Assembly (NCBI GenBank): GCA_026397015.1
Contig: JAPLVR010000004.1
Coordinates: forward strand, 1 to 64,000
Direction: 5' to 3'
From: Candidatus Iainarchaeum sp.
Lineage (GTDB): Archaea; Iainarchaeota; Iainarchaeia; Iainarchaeales; JAAZKV01
DNA: 64,000 bases
How positions within the stretch are numbered: position 1 is the stretch's first letter; each line of letters starts with the position of its first letter. Made by a program: the position numbers and the translations under genes. This document shows positions 37,159 to 45,923 of the stretch, piece by piece. The notes beneath the pieces are model-generated. The model was not told where the DNA came from. It searched no databases and saw only the letters and a program-made list of their open reading frames with translations.

Positions 37159-37833
37159 CTGGTCAAAGCAATTATTTTTGATTTAGAAGGAGTGCTTATT
37201 CTCCACAAGAAAAGGCAAGCCGCCCTTTTCGAAAAAGCTTTCGAAAAGCATGGCATAAAACTGAAGTATAAAATAGAGCCAAAGTATCATTTGCGTTCAC
37301 GTCCGGAATACCATTCTGGCAAAAATTTTGTGAGAAAACTATTCGAGCTGAACAAAACCCCTTACAAAGAAGAACTTGCTGAAAATGTTTTGCAGGCTTA
37401 CAAAGAAATGCGCAGAAATCCAGCATATTTAGCAAATATGCAAAAGCTTGTTCCGGGGGTGGAAGTTCTTTTGCGGCGTGCAAGAAAAAAAGGAATCAAA
37501 CTTGCGATTGTTTCAAACGCAAATCCTGTGCAGGCAAATTACCTTCTTGAGAAATATAGTTTGAAAAAATATTTTGATATTATTGTTGATGATTCGTGCG
37601 GGCTTCCGGAAAAGCCTTCACCGGCAAAATTACAGTTTGTCATAGAAAAATTTGGTGTATTACCGAAGGATGTAATTATGATAGAGGATAGCGTGGCCGG
37701 AATCGGGGCGGCGCTTACAGCAGGCATTGTCCCAATAGGAGTTCTTACAGGAGTCGCTTCAAAGTCAAACCTAAAAAAAGCGAAAGCACGGCATGTTTTT
37801 GATTCTGTTACGGAAATAAAAAAGTTGATATGA
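37159..37833 (+). CDS. HAD-superfamily phosphatase (probable CTG start)
   Basis: Motif I KAIIFDLEGVL lies upstream of the track's GTG start. Also VSN, KPSP, IEDS..G. Confidence 0.85.
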   Translation: MVKAIIFDLEGVLILHKKRQAALFEKAFEKHGIKLKYKIEPKYHLRSRPEYHSGKNFVRKLFELNKTPYKEELAENVLQAYKEMRRNPAYLANMQKLVPGVEVLLRRARKKGIKLAIVSNANPVQANYLLEKYSLKKYFDIIVDDSCGLPEKPSPAKLQFVIEKFGVLPKDVIMIEDSVAGIGAALTAGIVPIGVLTGVASKSNLKKAKARHVFDSVTEIKKLI

Positions 37834-38811
37834 ATGGATAGGCCGATCTGTTTTGGGGACCATTTCGTTTATGCGGGCAATTACTGTGTTTGCTTTGGGG
37901 ATTTTTCCAACAAAGAAATAATTGGATTTCCAAGGTATATCAAGTCTGCTAAGGGAGATAGGTTGATTTACGGGAAAAAATATGAAAAATTAAAAATAAA
38001 TCTCGGGTCCGTTGAAAAGGCGCTTTCCAACCAAGATTTGGCAAAAAGTTATTTTTTTTATGAAGGATTCGGGCAAGATATTTTTCAATTCAAGAAATCA
38101 AATTATTCTTTCTTTGAGCCTGATGAGTCTTTCAACAAAATTATTGAGAAAAAAAAGAAGAGTGATTTTGAGAATCGGGCGGTCGATTTTTCAAAATTGG
38201 TGCGCGACAAAACATCAAAAGAGGTAGTTTTTGGTTTTGGAGGGTCAATTTCTCTCGGTTGTCTAAATTCGGAATCAGATATCGATTTGTATTTGTATGA
38301 AGAAAAGAGGAATCATTTGTATTCTAAAAAAATTTGGGGGCTGTTTGAAGAGAATATTATTAAAAAAATTTCTTTTGAGAAAGAAACGCCCGCGAGAAAA
38401 AAGAGCTGGGAGAACCTTTTATCAGGGGCTGGGGTGTCATCAAAAGTTTGGGCAAATTTTTATGATGAAGGGCGGTGGATATTTGAAGGAAGTTACCTGA
38501 ACATGCCGATTAGTTTCGAATTCATCCCCGGCCACCTAAAAAAACCAATAAGACAAAAATTTTCTTCTTTCGAAAAAATAGTCACAGAAGCAAAAATAAC
38601 GAATGATGGGGGAATATTGCAAAGGCCCGCCTCGTTTGAAATTTACAGCAAAGATTTTGGGAAAATAAAGGTGCTTAGTTTTGTGAGAACTCATTCGATT
38701 TTACGAAAGGGGGATAGAATAAGCGTGCAGGGGATTTTGCAAACGGAAGAAAAATCAAGACAAATTACTGCGTTGTTTCCCGAAACAACCAAAATAAAAC
38801 TTTTGGAGTAA
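37834..38811 (+). CDS. Predicted nucleotidyltransferase (COG1665-like)
   Basis: GFPRY...GKKYEK, FGGSISLG...SDIDLY (GS-x-DxD), C-terminal OB-like KGDRISVQG. Confidence 0.7.
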   Translation: MDRPICFGDHFVYAGNYCVCFGDFSNKEIIGFPRYIKSAKGDRLIYGKKYEKLKINLGSVEKALSNQDLAKSYFFYEGFGQDIFQFKKSNYSFFEPDESFNKIIEKKKKSDFENRAVDFSKLVRDKTSKEVVFGFGGSISLGCLNSESDIDLYLYEEKRNHLYSKKIWGLFEENIIKKISFEKETPARKKSWENLLSGAGVSSKVWANFYDEGRWIFEGSYLNMPISFEFIPGHLKKPIRQKFSSFEKIVTEAKITNDGGILQRPASFEIYSKDFGKIKVLSFVRTHSILRKGDRISVQGILQTEEKSRQITALFPETTKIKLLE

Positions 38812-38821
38812 CCATTTTTAT

Positions 38822-39697
38822 TTATTTCAATCCGCGCGTGTATGAAAAGCGATAAGTCTCATTCGCATGCTCAAATTTTCCGAGTTTTTTCGGCGCGAGC
38901 GAAACTATGCAGTCTCCTCCACCAGCACCGCTTATTTTTGTCCCAATCGCGCCCTCTTTTTGACTTTCATAAATCAAATTAGATATGTGTTCATTTGAGA
39001 CGCCGATATTTTCAAGCAAACATTGGTATTCGCCCATGAGTTCTCCAAGGGCGCGATAATTGTTTTTGTTCCTCCATGCGGATTTTGTTATTGAATCCAT
39101 TGTGGAAACTATTTTTTTGTAAGATTTGTTTTTTTCATACCTTTGCATAAACGGTTCGATCATCCCCTTTGATTTTTTTCGCGTATAAGTGAATAAAAAA
39201 TCTGTTGGCTTATTCAGTTTTTCAACTGCTGCGCACTTATTTTTGTTAACTCTAACTAACCCCCCATAAATCGTCGCGGCAAGCGCCCCCGCACTGCAAA
39301 GTTTTTCCCTTCTTTTTAATGCGAACAATATTTTCAGCAATTTTTTATTTGACAATTTGGCGGAATATAGTTTGGAAAGGGCGGCAAAGGTTGAAACCAT
39401 ACAGGCATCGGATGACCCGAAGCCTTTTCCCGCAGGTATTTTTGAATCGATTAAAATTGAAACATTGTTTTCATATCCGTATAATTCTCTAAAACTTTTC
39501 AAAGCAAATTCCGCAGGAGGCGATTTTTTGAACTCTTTTGAAAGGATTTCGTCTTTTTTTGAAAAAGAAGCATGCGCCGTTAAAGGTCCGGAAAGCCCAA
39601 GAACTATTGCGTTTTTCCCTAGCAAGACGGCATATTCCCCGAAAAGAAAGGCATTTCCGCAACAGGACGCCCACACAGCATACGGCTTTTTGTCCAT
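38822..39697 (-). CDS. Divergent GHMP kinase (mevalonate/phosphomevalonate kinase-like)
   Basis: LFGEYAV, PAGKGFGSSDA, KISGAGGGDC. Lacks the usual Lys and catalytic Asp. Confidence 0.8.
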   Translation of the reverse strand: MDKKPYAVWASCCGNAFLFGEYAVLLGKNAIVLGLSGPLTAHASFSKKDEILSKEFKKSPPAEFALKSFRELYGYENNVSILIDSKIPAGKGFGSSDACMVSTFAALSKLYSAKLSNKKLLKILFALKRREKLCSAGALAATIYGGLVRVNKNKCAAVEKLNKPTDFLFTYTRKKSKGMIEPFMQRYEKNKSYKKIVSTMDSITKSAWRNKNNYRALGELMGEYQCLLENIGVSNEHISNLIYESQKEGAIGTKISGAGGGDCIVSLAPKKLGKFEHANETYRFSYTRGLK

Positions 39698-39756
39698 ACG
39701 AATATTGCCTGCGTTTATTTAAAATACTTATTCGGGGTAATTACATAGGTGATTTT

Positions 39757-40872
39757 GTGAAAATAACTGCGCCAGGAAAATTAATGCTCAGCGGAGAATG
39801 GAGCGTTTTGGAGGACGGAGTTCCATGCCTAGTGATGGCGATTGACAGAAAGGTTTTTGCGGAAATGAAAGAAAGCGAAGAGATTTGTTTTACTGCAAAA
39901 GGTTTTGGGATAGAAAAAGTCAAAGCTACTTTTGGCGATGCTCTTAAACTTGAAGCCGCGCCCGAACAGAAAGAAAAATTGCTTTTTGTTACGAAAGCGG
40001 TTGAAGCCGCGTTGAAATATTTACGCGACTCTGGAAAAAAGCTAAAAATGTTCGAACTTGAAACTAATTCTGAAGATGCGATAATAACTCTTTCTGACGG
40101 AAAGAAAGCGAAAGTAGGCTTTGGAAGCAGCGCGGCAATAGTTGCCGCAACAGTTGCGGCAGTGTTCGCTTATCACGGTGAAGAAATCGAATCAAAAAAA
40201 GCGAAAGAAAAAATATTCAAGTTGGGATGCATTGCGCACTTTTTGGCGCAGGGAAAAATAGGAAGCAGCTTTGATGTCGCAGCCTCAACTTATGGCGGCG
40301 TGCTTGTTTACCAAAAGCCAGACATGAAATGGGTCACAGGCGAATTGGGCAAAGGCGCATCGATAAAGAAAGTTGTCGATTCGGCTTGGCCGCTTTTTTT
40401 AGGCGAGCCGATAGCTCTTCCAAAAAACTTTTTGCTTAGCATCGGCTTTGTCGGATATAGCGCTTCAACAAAAGAATTGATTTTGAAACTCAATGATTTC
40501 AAGAAGGAAAGGAAAGAGGAGTATGACAAAATAATTTCTGGAATAAAAGGAATTACTGTTAATTTGATTAAAGCAATAAAAGAATCGAACGAAAAAGAAA
40601 TAATTTCTCTTTTGAAGAAAAACAGGGTGTTGTTGAAAGAGCTTAGTGATAAAAGCAACAACAATCTTGAAACAAAGGAGCTTGCGTTGCTTGCAGATTT
40701 GGCCGACCAAAATGGGGCGGCTGGAAAATTCTCTGGAGCGGGCGGCGGCGACTGCGGCATAGCAATAAGTTTTGACAAGAAAATTAAGAAAAAAGTTGAA
40801 GCGGCTTGGAAAGCAAAAAGTTTATACCCGATAGGCGCAGGAATATCTATGGAAGGGGTTTCAAGTGAATAA
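39757..40872 (+). CDS. Phosphomevalonate kinase (bacterial MvaK2-like)
   Basis: APGKLMLSGEW, KVGFGSSAA, AHFLAQG..GSSFDVAASTYGG, KFSGAGGGDCGI. Confidence 0.9.
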   Translation: MKITAPGKLMLSGEWSVLEDGVPCLVMAIDRKVFAEMKESEEICFTAKGFGIEKVKATFGDALKLEAAPEQKEKLLFVTKAVEAALKYLRDSGKKLKMFELETNSEDAIITLSDGKKAKVGFGSSAAIVAATVAAVFAYHGEEIESKKAKEKIFKLGCIAHFLAQGKIGSSFDVAASTYGGVLVYQKPDMKWVTGELGKGASIKKVVDSAWPLFLGEPIALPKNFLLSIGFVGYSASTKELILKLNDFKKERKEEYDKIISGIKGITVNLIKAIKESNEKEIISLLKKNRVLLKELSDKSNNNLETKELALLADLADQNGAAGKFSGAGGGDCGIAISFDKKIKKKVEAAWKAKSLYPIGAGISMEGVSSE

Positions 40873-41815
40873 AATCAAAGCTATTAAGGCAACTAAAAGA
40901 AAGGGCGCGCATGGGCAGAGATTTTCGAGCTGGTCCAAAAGGGCGAGCGTGATGGAAAGATATATGCGCGCCGCCTTCGGGCAGATGGCGAAACGCGGAG
41001 AACTTACAAGCGCGCACAACTTGGGGCATGTGCAAAGGGTTTCTTTATACTCTGCAATTTATGTTAAGGCAATGGGCGGCGGAAAGAAAAAACAGGCTTA
41101 TGCAAAAATAACAGGCTGGGCGCACGATAGGTTAAGGGACCCGCAGGATTCAATGGCGCAGGCAGCTGCCGGAGGAAAAACACACGAAGTTCTTGCAGCG
41201 GAACACATGAAACCTTTATTTGAAAAGAGATACAAAAGAAGCGCTTCAAAGACGATACTTGAAGCGATGGGAACTCACGGCTCCCTTCCAAAACTTAATA
41301 GGGTTGGAAAAAATGTTGTGAAAGATGCGGTTGTTTTTGCAGACAAATTTTTTGAGGCGAATGGGGCGTACATTGGTTTTAGACGAGCAATGTTCATGGG
41401 CGAAAGAGCAGATTTGAGAAAAAAAATAATTGAAGAAGGATTGGATATGAAAAATCCGGCTGATTTGAAGAAAACTGCTGTTAGGTTTACTTTGGCGGAA
41501 TCCGAAAAAAGAATTAAGGCTTTTTCAGATTTGAGTTCAATACCAAGCCACATGCATGATTTGGTAAAATATCAGGTTCAGTGGCAGGCCAAGCTTGTTG
41601 ACGGATTGAAGAGAAACGACCCAGGCACGGTAAATTTGGTTACGCAATTGTTCGCCGAAGGGCTGAAAGAAAGGCCGAGAGATTTGGGCGAAATGATAAG
41701 GACTTACAAACCGGTAGCAGAAACGGATGCAGCTTTCAAAAAAGAGGCAAGCGATTATTTGAGCGGAAAGCTTGCTGAGAAATTTGTTAAACTGATAAAA
41801 ACTTCAAAAAAATGA
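40865..41815 (+). CDS. Basic HD-domain phosphohydrolase-like protein
   Basis: AHNLGHVQRV, WAHD, HE, H, FADK. Basic N-terminus. Confidence 0.75.
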   Translation: MNKIKAIKATKRKGAHGQRFSSWSKRASVMERYMRAAFGQMAKRGELTSAHNLGHVQRVSLYSAIYVKAMGGGKKKQAYAKITGWAHDRLRDPQDSMAQAAAGGKTHEVLAAEHMKPLFEKRYKRSASKTILEAMGTHGSLPKLNRVGKNVVKDAVVFADKFFEANGAYIGFRRAMFMGERADLRKKIIEEGLDMKNPADLKKTAVRFTLAESEKRIKAFSDLSSIPSHMHDLVKYQVQWQAKLVDGLKRNDPGTVNLVTQLFAEGLKERPRDLGEMIRTYKPVAETDAAFKKEASDYLSGKLAEKFVKLIKTSKK

Positions 41816-41831
41816 AAAAAAACAAACAGTT

Positions 41832-41876
41832 TCGTCAATCAACGTCGATTATTTCGTTTCCCAGAAAGGTTTTTAT
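41832..41876 (+). promoter_or_regulatory. Operator plus BRE/TATA, copy 2 (before porGDAB)
   Basis: tcgtcaatcaacg-N8-ttcgttt-N4-gaaaggtttttat. Confidence 0.75.
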
Positions 41877-41918
41877 TTGCCCCCTTATTCTAATTATGAA
41901 AAAGGGCGATTGATTCGG

Positions 41919-42455
41919 ATGAAGCAAATAGTTATTCTCGGCCGCGGAGGGCAGGGCGCTGTTACAAGCTCGCAGGTTCTTGCAGTGGCTGCGTTTGAGA
42001 ACGGCAAGCACTCACAGGCATTTCCAAACTTCGGAGTTGAAAGGATGGGCGCGCCGGTAAAAAGCTACTGCAGAATAGATGAGAAACCGATTAATTTGCG
42101 CTCGCACGTTTACGAAGCCGATTACGCAATAATATTAGACCAGACTCTGGCGGAATGCTTCGACGAAAAAGTAAAAGATGGCGGACTGATTATTGTTAAT
42201 TCAAATAGGCTTCCGAAGGAAATTCCGATAAGTTCAAAGGCAAAAATTGTTTGCGTCGACATCACAAAAATAGCGCTTGGAATTATAGGAAAGCCGTTCG
42301 TAAACATAATCGCATTGGGCGCGTTTTCTGCGCTCACAAAAGAAATTTCCCTTCAGGCGCTTGAAAAGGCCGTGCAAAAACAAATAGGAAGCAAAGGAAG
42401 CATTGCGGAAAAAAATATTGCCGCACTAAAGAAAGTTTACGAGGCGAGCAAATAG
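41919..42455 (+). CDS. porG: Pyruvate:ferredoxin oxidoreductase gamma subunit
   Basis: GRGGQGAVT, FGVERMGAPV. Confidence 0.92.
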   Translation: MKQIVILGRGGQGAVTSSQVLAVAAFENGKHSQAFPNFGVERMGAPVKSYCRIDEKPINLRSHVYEADYAIILDQTLAECFDEKVKDGGLIIVNSNRLPKEIPISSKAKIVCVDITKIALGIIGKPFVNIIALGAFSALTKEISLQALEKAVQKQIGSKGSIAEKNIAALKKVYEASK

Positions 42456-42499
42456 AGGGGCAAAGAACAAGAAACAAAATCAAAAAAAGTGAAAATGAA

Positions 42500-42826
42500 A
42501 TGAAAAAACAAAAGACAAAAGAGCAAGCCCAAAGCGGGATTTCAAAAACATGCCCTGGCCCGATGGTTTTTTCAAAGGGTGCAGTGATTTCCGAGCCGGG
42601 CTCGACAATGAAATACAAAACCGGAAACTGGAGAACATACAAGCCGGTTATAGAAAGGGCGAAGTGCATAAAGTGCGGCATCTGCTGGGCGAACTGCCCC
42701 GATGCGGCGATAAAAAAAGATTCGGACGGAACATTCATAGTGGATTACGATTACTGCAAAGGCTGCCTTATCTGCGACAAGCTCTGCCCAGTGAAAGCGA
42801 TAAGCCACGGGGTAGAACAAAAGTAA
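42500..42826 (+). CDS. porD: Pyruvate:ferredoxin oxidoreductase delta subunit
   Basis: KTGNWR, two CxxCxxCxxxCP motifs. Confidence 0.92.
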   Translation: MKKQKTKEQAQSGISKTCPGPMVFSKGAVISEPGSTMKYKTGNWRTYKPVIERAKCIKCGICWANCPDAAIKKDSDGTFIVDYDYCKGCLICDKLCPVKAISHGVEQK

Positions 42827-42863
42827 AAATTAATTTTTTTTTATGGGTTTTTAAGTGATTGTG

Positions 42864-44024
42864 ATGGCTGAAAAGGAAAAAGCAGAAAAGGTCGTGATTT
42901 CAGGCGCAGATGCGATTGCATGCGCGGTAAAATTGTGCAGACCGAAAGTCCTGCCAATGTATCCGATAACTCCGAGCACATTGGTTCCAGAAAGGCTGAG
43001 CGAGTTCGTTTTCAACGGGGAAATGAAGGCTGAAATGATTCATGTGGAAAGCGAGCACAGCGCGGCAAGCGCGCTCTATGGAGCATATGCGACAGGGGTA
43101 AGGGGATTTACCGCAACGGCTTCCCAAGGGTTGGCGTTGATGCACGAAATTTTGCCAATAATTTCCGCAAGCAGGTTTCCAGCAGTTATGGCGGTTGCAA
43201 ATAGAACCCTTTCGGGTCCGCTGAATATTTGGAACGACCACTCGGATGCGGTAAGCGAGAGGGACCAGGGATGGATACAGTTGTATTGCGAAAGCGCGCA
43301 GGAAGCATTCGATACCACGATAATGGCTTACAAAATAGCGGAAACGGAAAGGGTTTCGCTGCCGGTAATGGTTTGCATTGACGGGTTCGCGCTGAGCCAT
43401 GTTTACGAGCCGGTTCAAATAGAGGGCCAATCAAAAGTTGACGCTTTTTTGCCGCCTTACAAACCGCACAATTTCCTGGACACTTCCGATCCGAAAACAT
43501 TTGGCGCAGTTGCTTTTCCCAACAGTTTTTTCGAGTTTCATGAAGCTGAAGAGATGGCGATGCAAGAAGCGCTGAAAGTTATTCCGAAAGTGAATGAAGA
43601 ATTTGGAAAAGCGTTCGGCAGGAAATATGGAGATGGGCTGGTTGAACTGGTTGAAATGAAAAACGCGGAGTACGCTTTAATCGGAATGGGAACCCTTGTA
43701 GGAACCTCACGGGTTGTTGTTGAAGAAATGAGAAAGCAAGGGGAGAAGGTCGGATTAATAAAATTGAAATGTCTCAGGCCCTTTCCGAAAGACGAAATTT
43801 TGCAAGCGTGCAAGAAATTGAAGGGTTTGGCGGTGATTGACAGGCACGCATCCCTTGGTTACGAGGGAGCACTCACAATTGATTTGAAAGCGGCGCTGAA
43901 AGATGAGAAAGTAAAAGTAGAAGGGTTTGTTGCAGGATTGGGCGGAAGGGACATTGATGTGAAAAGATTAAGAGCAGCGGTTGAAACAATAATGAAAGGA
44001 GAGAAAGGTTATTGGTTGAAGTAA
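42864..44024 (+). CDS. porA: Pyruvate:ferredoxin oxidoreductase alpha subunit
   Basis: YPITPS, VESEHSA, TASQGL, ANR, DHSD. Confidence 0.93.
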   Translation: MAEKEKAEKVVISGADAIACAVKLCRPKVLPMYPITPSTLVPERLSEFVFNGEMKAEMIHVESEHSAASALYGAYATGVRGFTATASQGLALMHEILPIISASRFPAVMAVANRTLSGPLNIWNDHSDAVSERDQGWIQLYCESAQEAFDTTIMAYKIAETERVSLPVMVCIDGFALSHVYEPVQIEGQSKVDAFLPPYKPHNFLDTSDPKTFGAVAFPNSFFEFHEAEEMAMQEALKVIPKVNEEFGKAFGRKYGDGLVELVEMKNAEYALIGMGTLVGTSRVVVEEMRKQGEKVGLIKLKCLRPFPKDEILQACKKLKGLAVIDRHASLGYEGALTIDLKAALKDEKVKVEGFVAGLGGRDIDVKRLRAAVETIMKGEKGYWLK

Positions 44025-44084
44025 AAGTAAAAATAATAGGTAAAAAAGAAAAAATGAAAATTTGAAAATGTTTGAGTTGATTTT

Positions 44085-44993
44085 ATGGCAATAATTGGAT
44101 TTGAAGAGAAAGAGTTTTTCGCTTCCGGACACAGGGCGTGCGCTGGCTGTGGGGAAGCGCTTGCATTGAGGCACATAATGAAAGCGGCTGGAGAAAAAAC
44201 AATTGTGGCGATGGCTACCGGCTGCATGGAAGTTGTTTCAACGCCTTATCCAGAAACCGCATGGAAAGTTCCATGGGTGCACTGCGCGTTTGAAAACGCG
44301 GCGGCGGTTGCTTCGGGAGTAAGGGCAGCACTTAATATGAAGGGAGATAAGGAAACAAACGTGATTGCAATAGGCGGGGATGGAGCAAGCTTTGATATTG
44401 GATTTGGCGCGCTAAGCGGAGCGATAGAAAGGGGAACAAAATTTTTGTACATAGCAACTGACAATGAAGCTTACATGAACACCGGAATTCAAAGGAGCGG
44501 AGCAACCTTTCCTTATGCCGCTACAACTACCAGCCCTGCGGGGAAAATTATTCCCGGAAAGCAGCAGCCGAAAAAACCGTTGCCTTTTATTGTAGCTTCT
44601 CACGGAGTAAAATATGTCGCTTCCGCTTCGGTTGCGAATCTTCCTGATTTGAAGGCAAAAGTCCAAAAAGCTTTGAAGGTTAATGGTCCGACATTTTTGC
44701 ATGTCTATGTCCCATGCATTCCGGGATGGAAAATTGATTCCTCTACAACGATAGAAATAGCAAGGAAAGCAGTTGAAACAAATGTTTTCCCTTTGTATGA
44801 AATCGAAGACGGCGTTTTGAAGTTCACCCAAAAGCCTGCGGAGAAAAAACAGGTTGAAAGCTATTTGATAATGCAGGGCCGCTTTAAGCATCTGACTCCT
44901 GAATTAGTAAAAAAGATTCAGGGGTATGTTGATGCGCGCTTTGCTTTCCTTGAAGGAATTGAAGGCAAGAAATGTTTTGACGTGCTTTACTAA
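44085..44993 (+). CDS. porB: Pyruvate:ferredoxin oxidoreductase beta subunit
   Basis: GHRACAGCG, TGC, GGDG...DNEAYMNTGIQRS (TPP motif). Confidence 0.93.
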   Translation: MAIIGFEEKEFFASGHRACAGCGEALALRHIMKAAGEKTIVAMATGCMEVVSTPYPETAWKVPWVHCAFENAAAVASGVRAALNMKGDKETNVIAIGGDGASFDIGFGALSGAIERGTKFLYIATDNEAYMNTGIQRSGATFPYAATTTSPAGKIIPGKQQPKKPLPFIVASHGVKYVASASVANLPDLKAKVQKALKVNGPTFLHVYVPCIPGWKIDSSTTIEIARKAVETNVFPLYEIEDGVLKFTQKPAEKKQVESYLIMQGRFKHLTPELVKKIQGYVDARFAFLEGIEGKKCFDVLY

Positions 44994-44996
44994 TTT

Positions 44997-45800
44997 TTAT
45001 TTTTTAAGCAAATCCTGTACGCGCTTCACAGGCAGGTCGCTTTTGCTGCAAACTTCAAAAACGCCCTGCTTGTGGCTCTTCAAGCCCCTCCAGTCCAAAA
45101 CAACTTCTTCCGCACCGCTTTTCTCAACCATCTGCTTCAGCATCTCCTCATTCAATTCCTGAAGATAATGCGATGGGCAGATGTGGCCGAGGGAATAATT
45201 TTTTCTTAATACGAGTTTTGTGAAATCGGGCGCGTAATGCGTTCCGCCCAAACCAATTGCAATTTTATCAGAATTTTTGTTTTCGCCCTCTGAAAAAGTC
45301 TGTGTTGCAATCGTTTCCGCAACAATTTTAACCGCCTTTTCATTCGACCACTCCTTTTCGGTGCTTCCGACTTCGATAAAAACGCTCGGCTTCTCCAAGT
45401 AGGGCCCGTGATGGGTAACCTCAATTGAAACCTCGAAACCAAGCCCCCTTTCTTCATTCAATCTTTGCATGCCCCGCAAGTAATTGGCCAAAACCCTCGC
45501 ATTCGTGGGAACAAGCAAACCGCCCCTGCCGCCATACTCCGCTTTTCCAAAGTTTCCAATCGCGTGGCAGCAGAGCGTCGGCGTTCCGGATTCGGATTTG
45601 TGCTTTGAAGCAAAAACAACCAAATCGATTCCCCCAAGCTCTTTTTCGCCGAGTTTTGCAAAAATTATTTCATCACTTACTTCTAAAAATTTGAAATTTT
45701 TTTCAATTAACTCGCCTCGGAAATTGTCTTTCATCTTTTTAACGATATTTTTTCCGGCAATGTCAAGCGAAGAATTCACAACCAAACAATTCATGGCCAA
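44997..45800 (-). CDS. dtdA: Archaeal D-aminoacyl-tRNA deacylase (DtdA/GEK1 family)
   Basis: FASKH, HAIGN, EVTHHGP, FIEVGSTE, GGTHYAP. Confidence 0.9.
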   Translation of the reverse strand: MAMNCLVVNSSLDIAGKNIVKKMKDNFRGELIEKNFKFLEVSDEIIFAKLGEKELGGIDLVVFASKHKSESGTPTLCCHAIGNFGKAEYGGRGGLLVPTNARVLANYLRGMQRLNEERGLGFEVSIEVTHHGPYLEKPSVFIEVGSTEKEWSNEKAVKIVAETIATQTFSEGENKNSDKIAIGLGGTHYAPDFTKLVLRKNYSLGHICPSHYLQELNEEMLKQMVEKSGAEEVVLDWRGLKSHKQGVFEVCSKSDLPVKRVQDLLKK

Positions 45801-45923
45801 ATTAGAAAAAGAACTAATTAAAAATTGGACAATAAAAAATTGAAGCGGAAGACAAAATTTCTCTTCACCAAAAATATTTAAACTGAAAAGAGCTTATTGT
45901 TGGTTGAAAAAGGCAGTGAAAAA

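Noticed and set aside
39538-39756. Long basic N-terminal extension of PMVK
   Set aside because: It overlaps the divergent GHMP gene. Homology begins at GTG 39757 after an aggtgat RBS.
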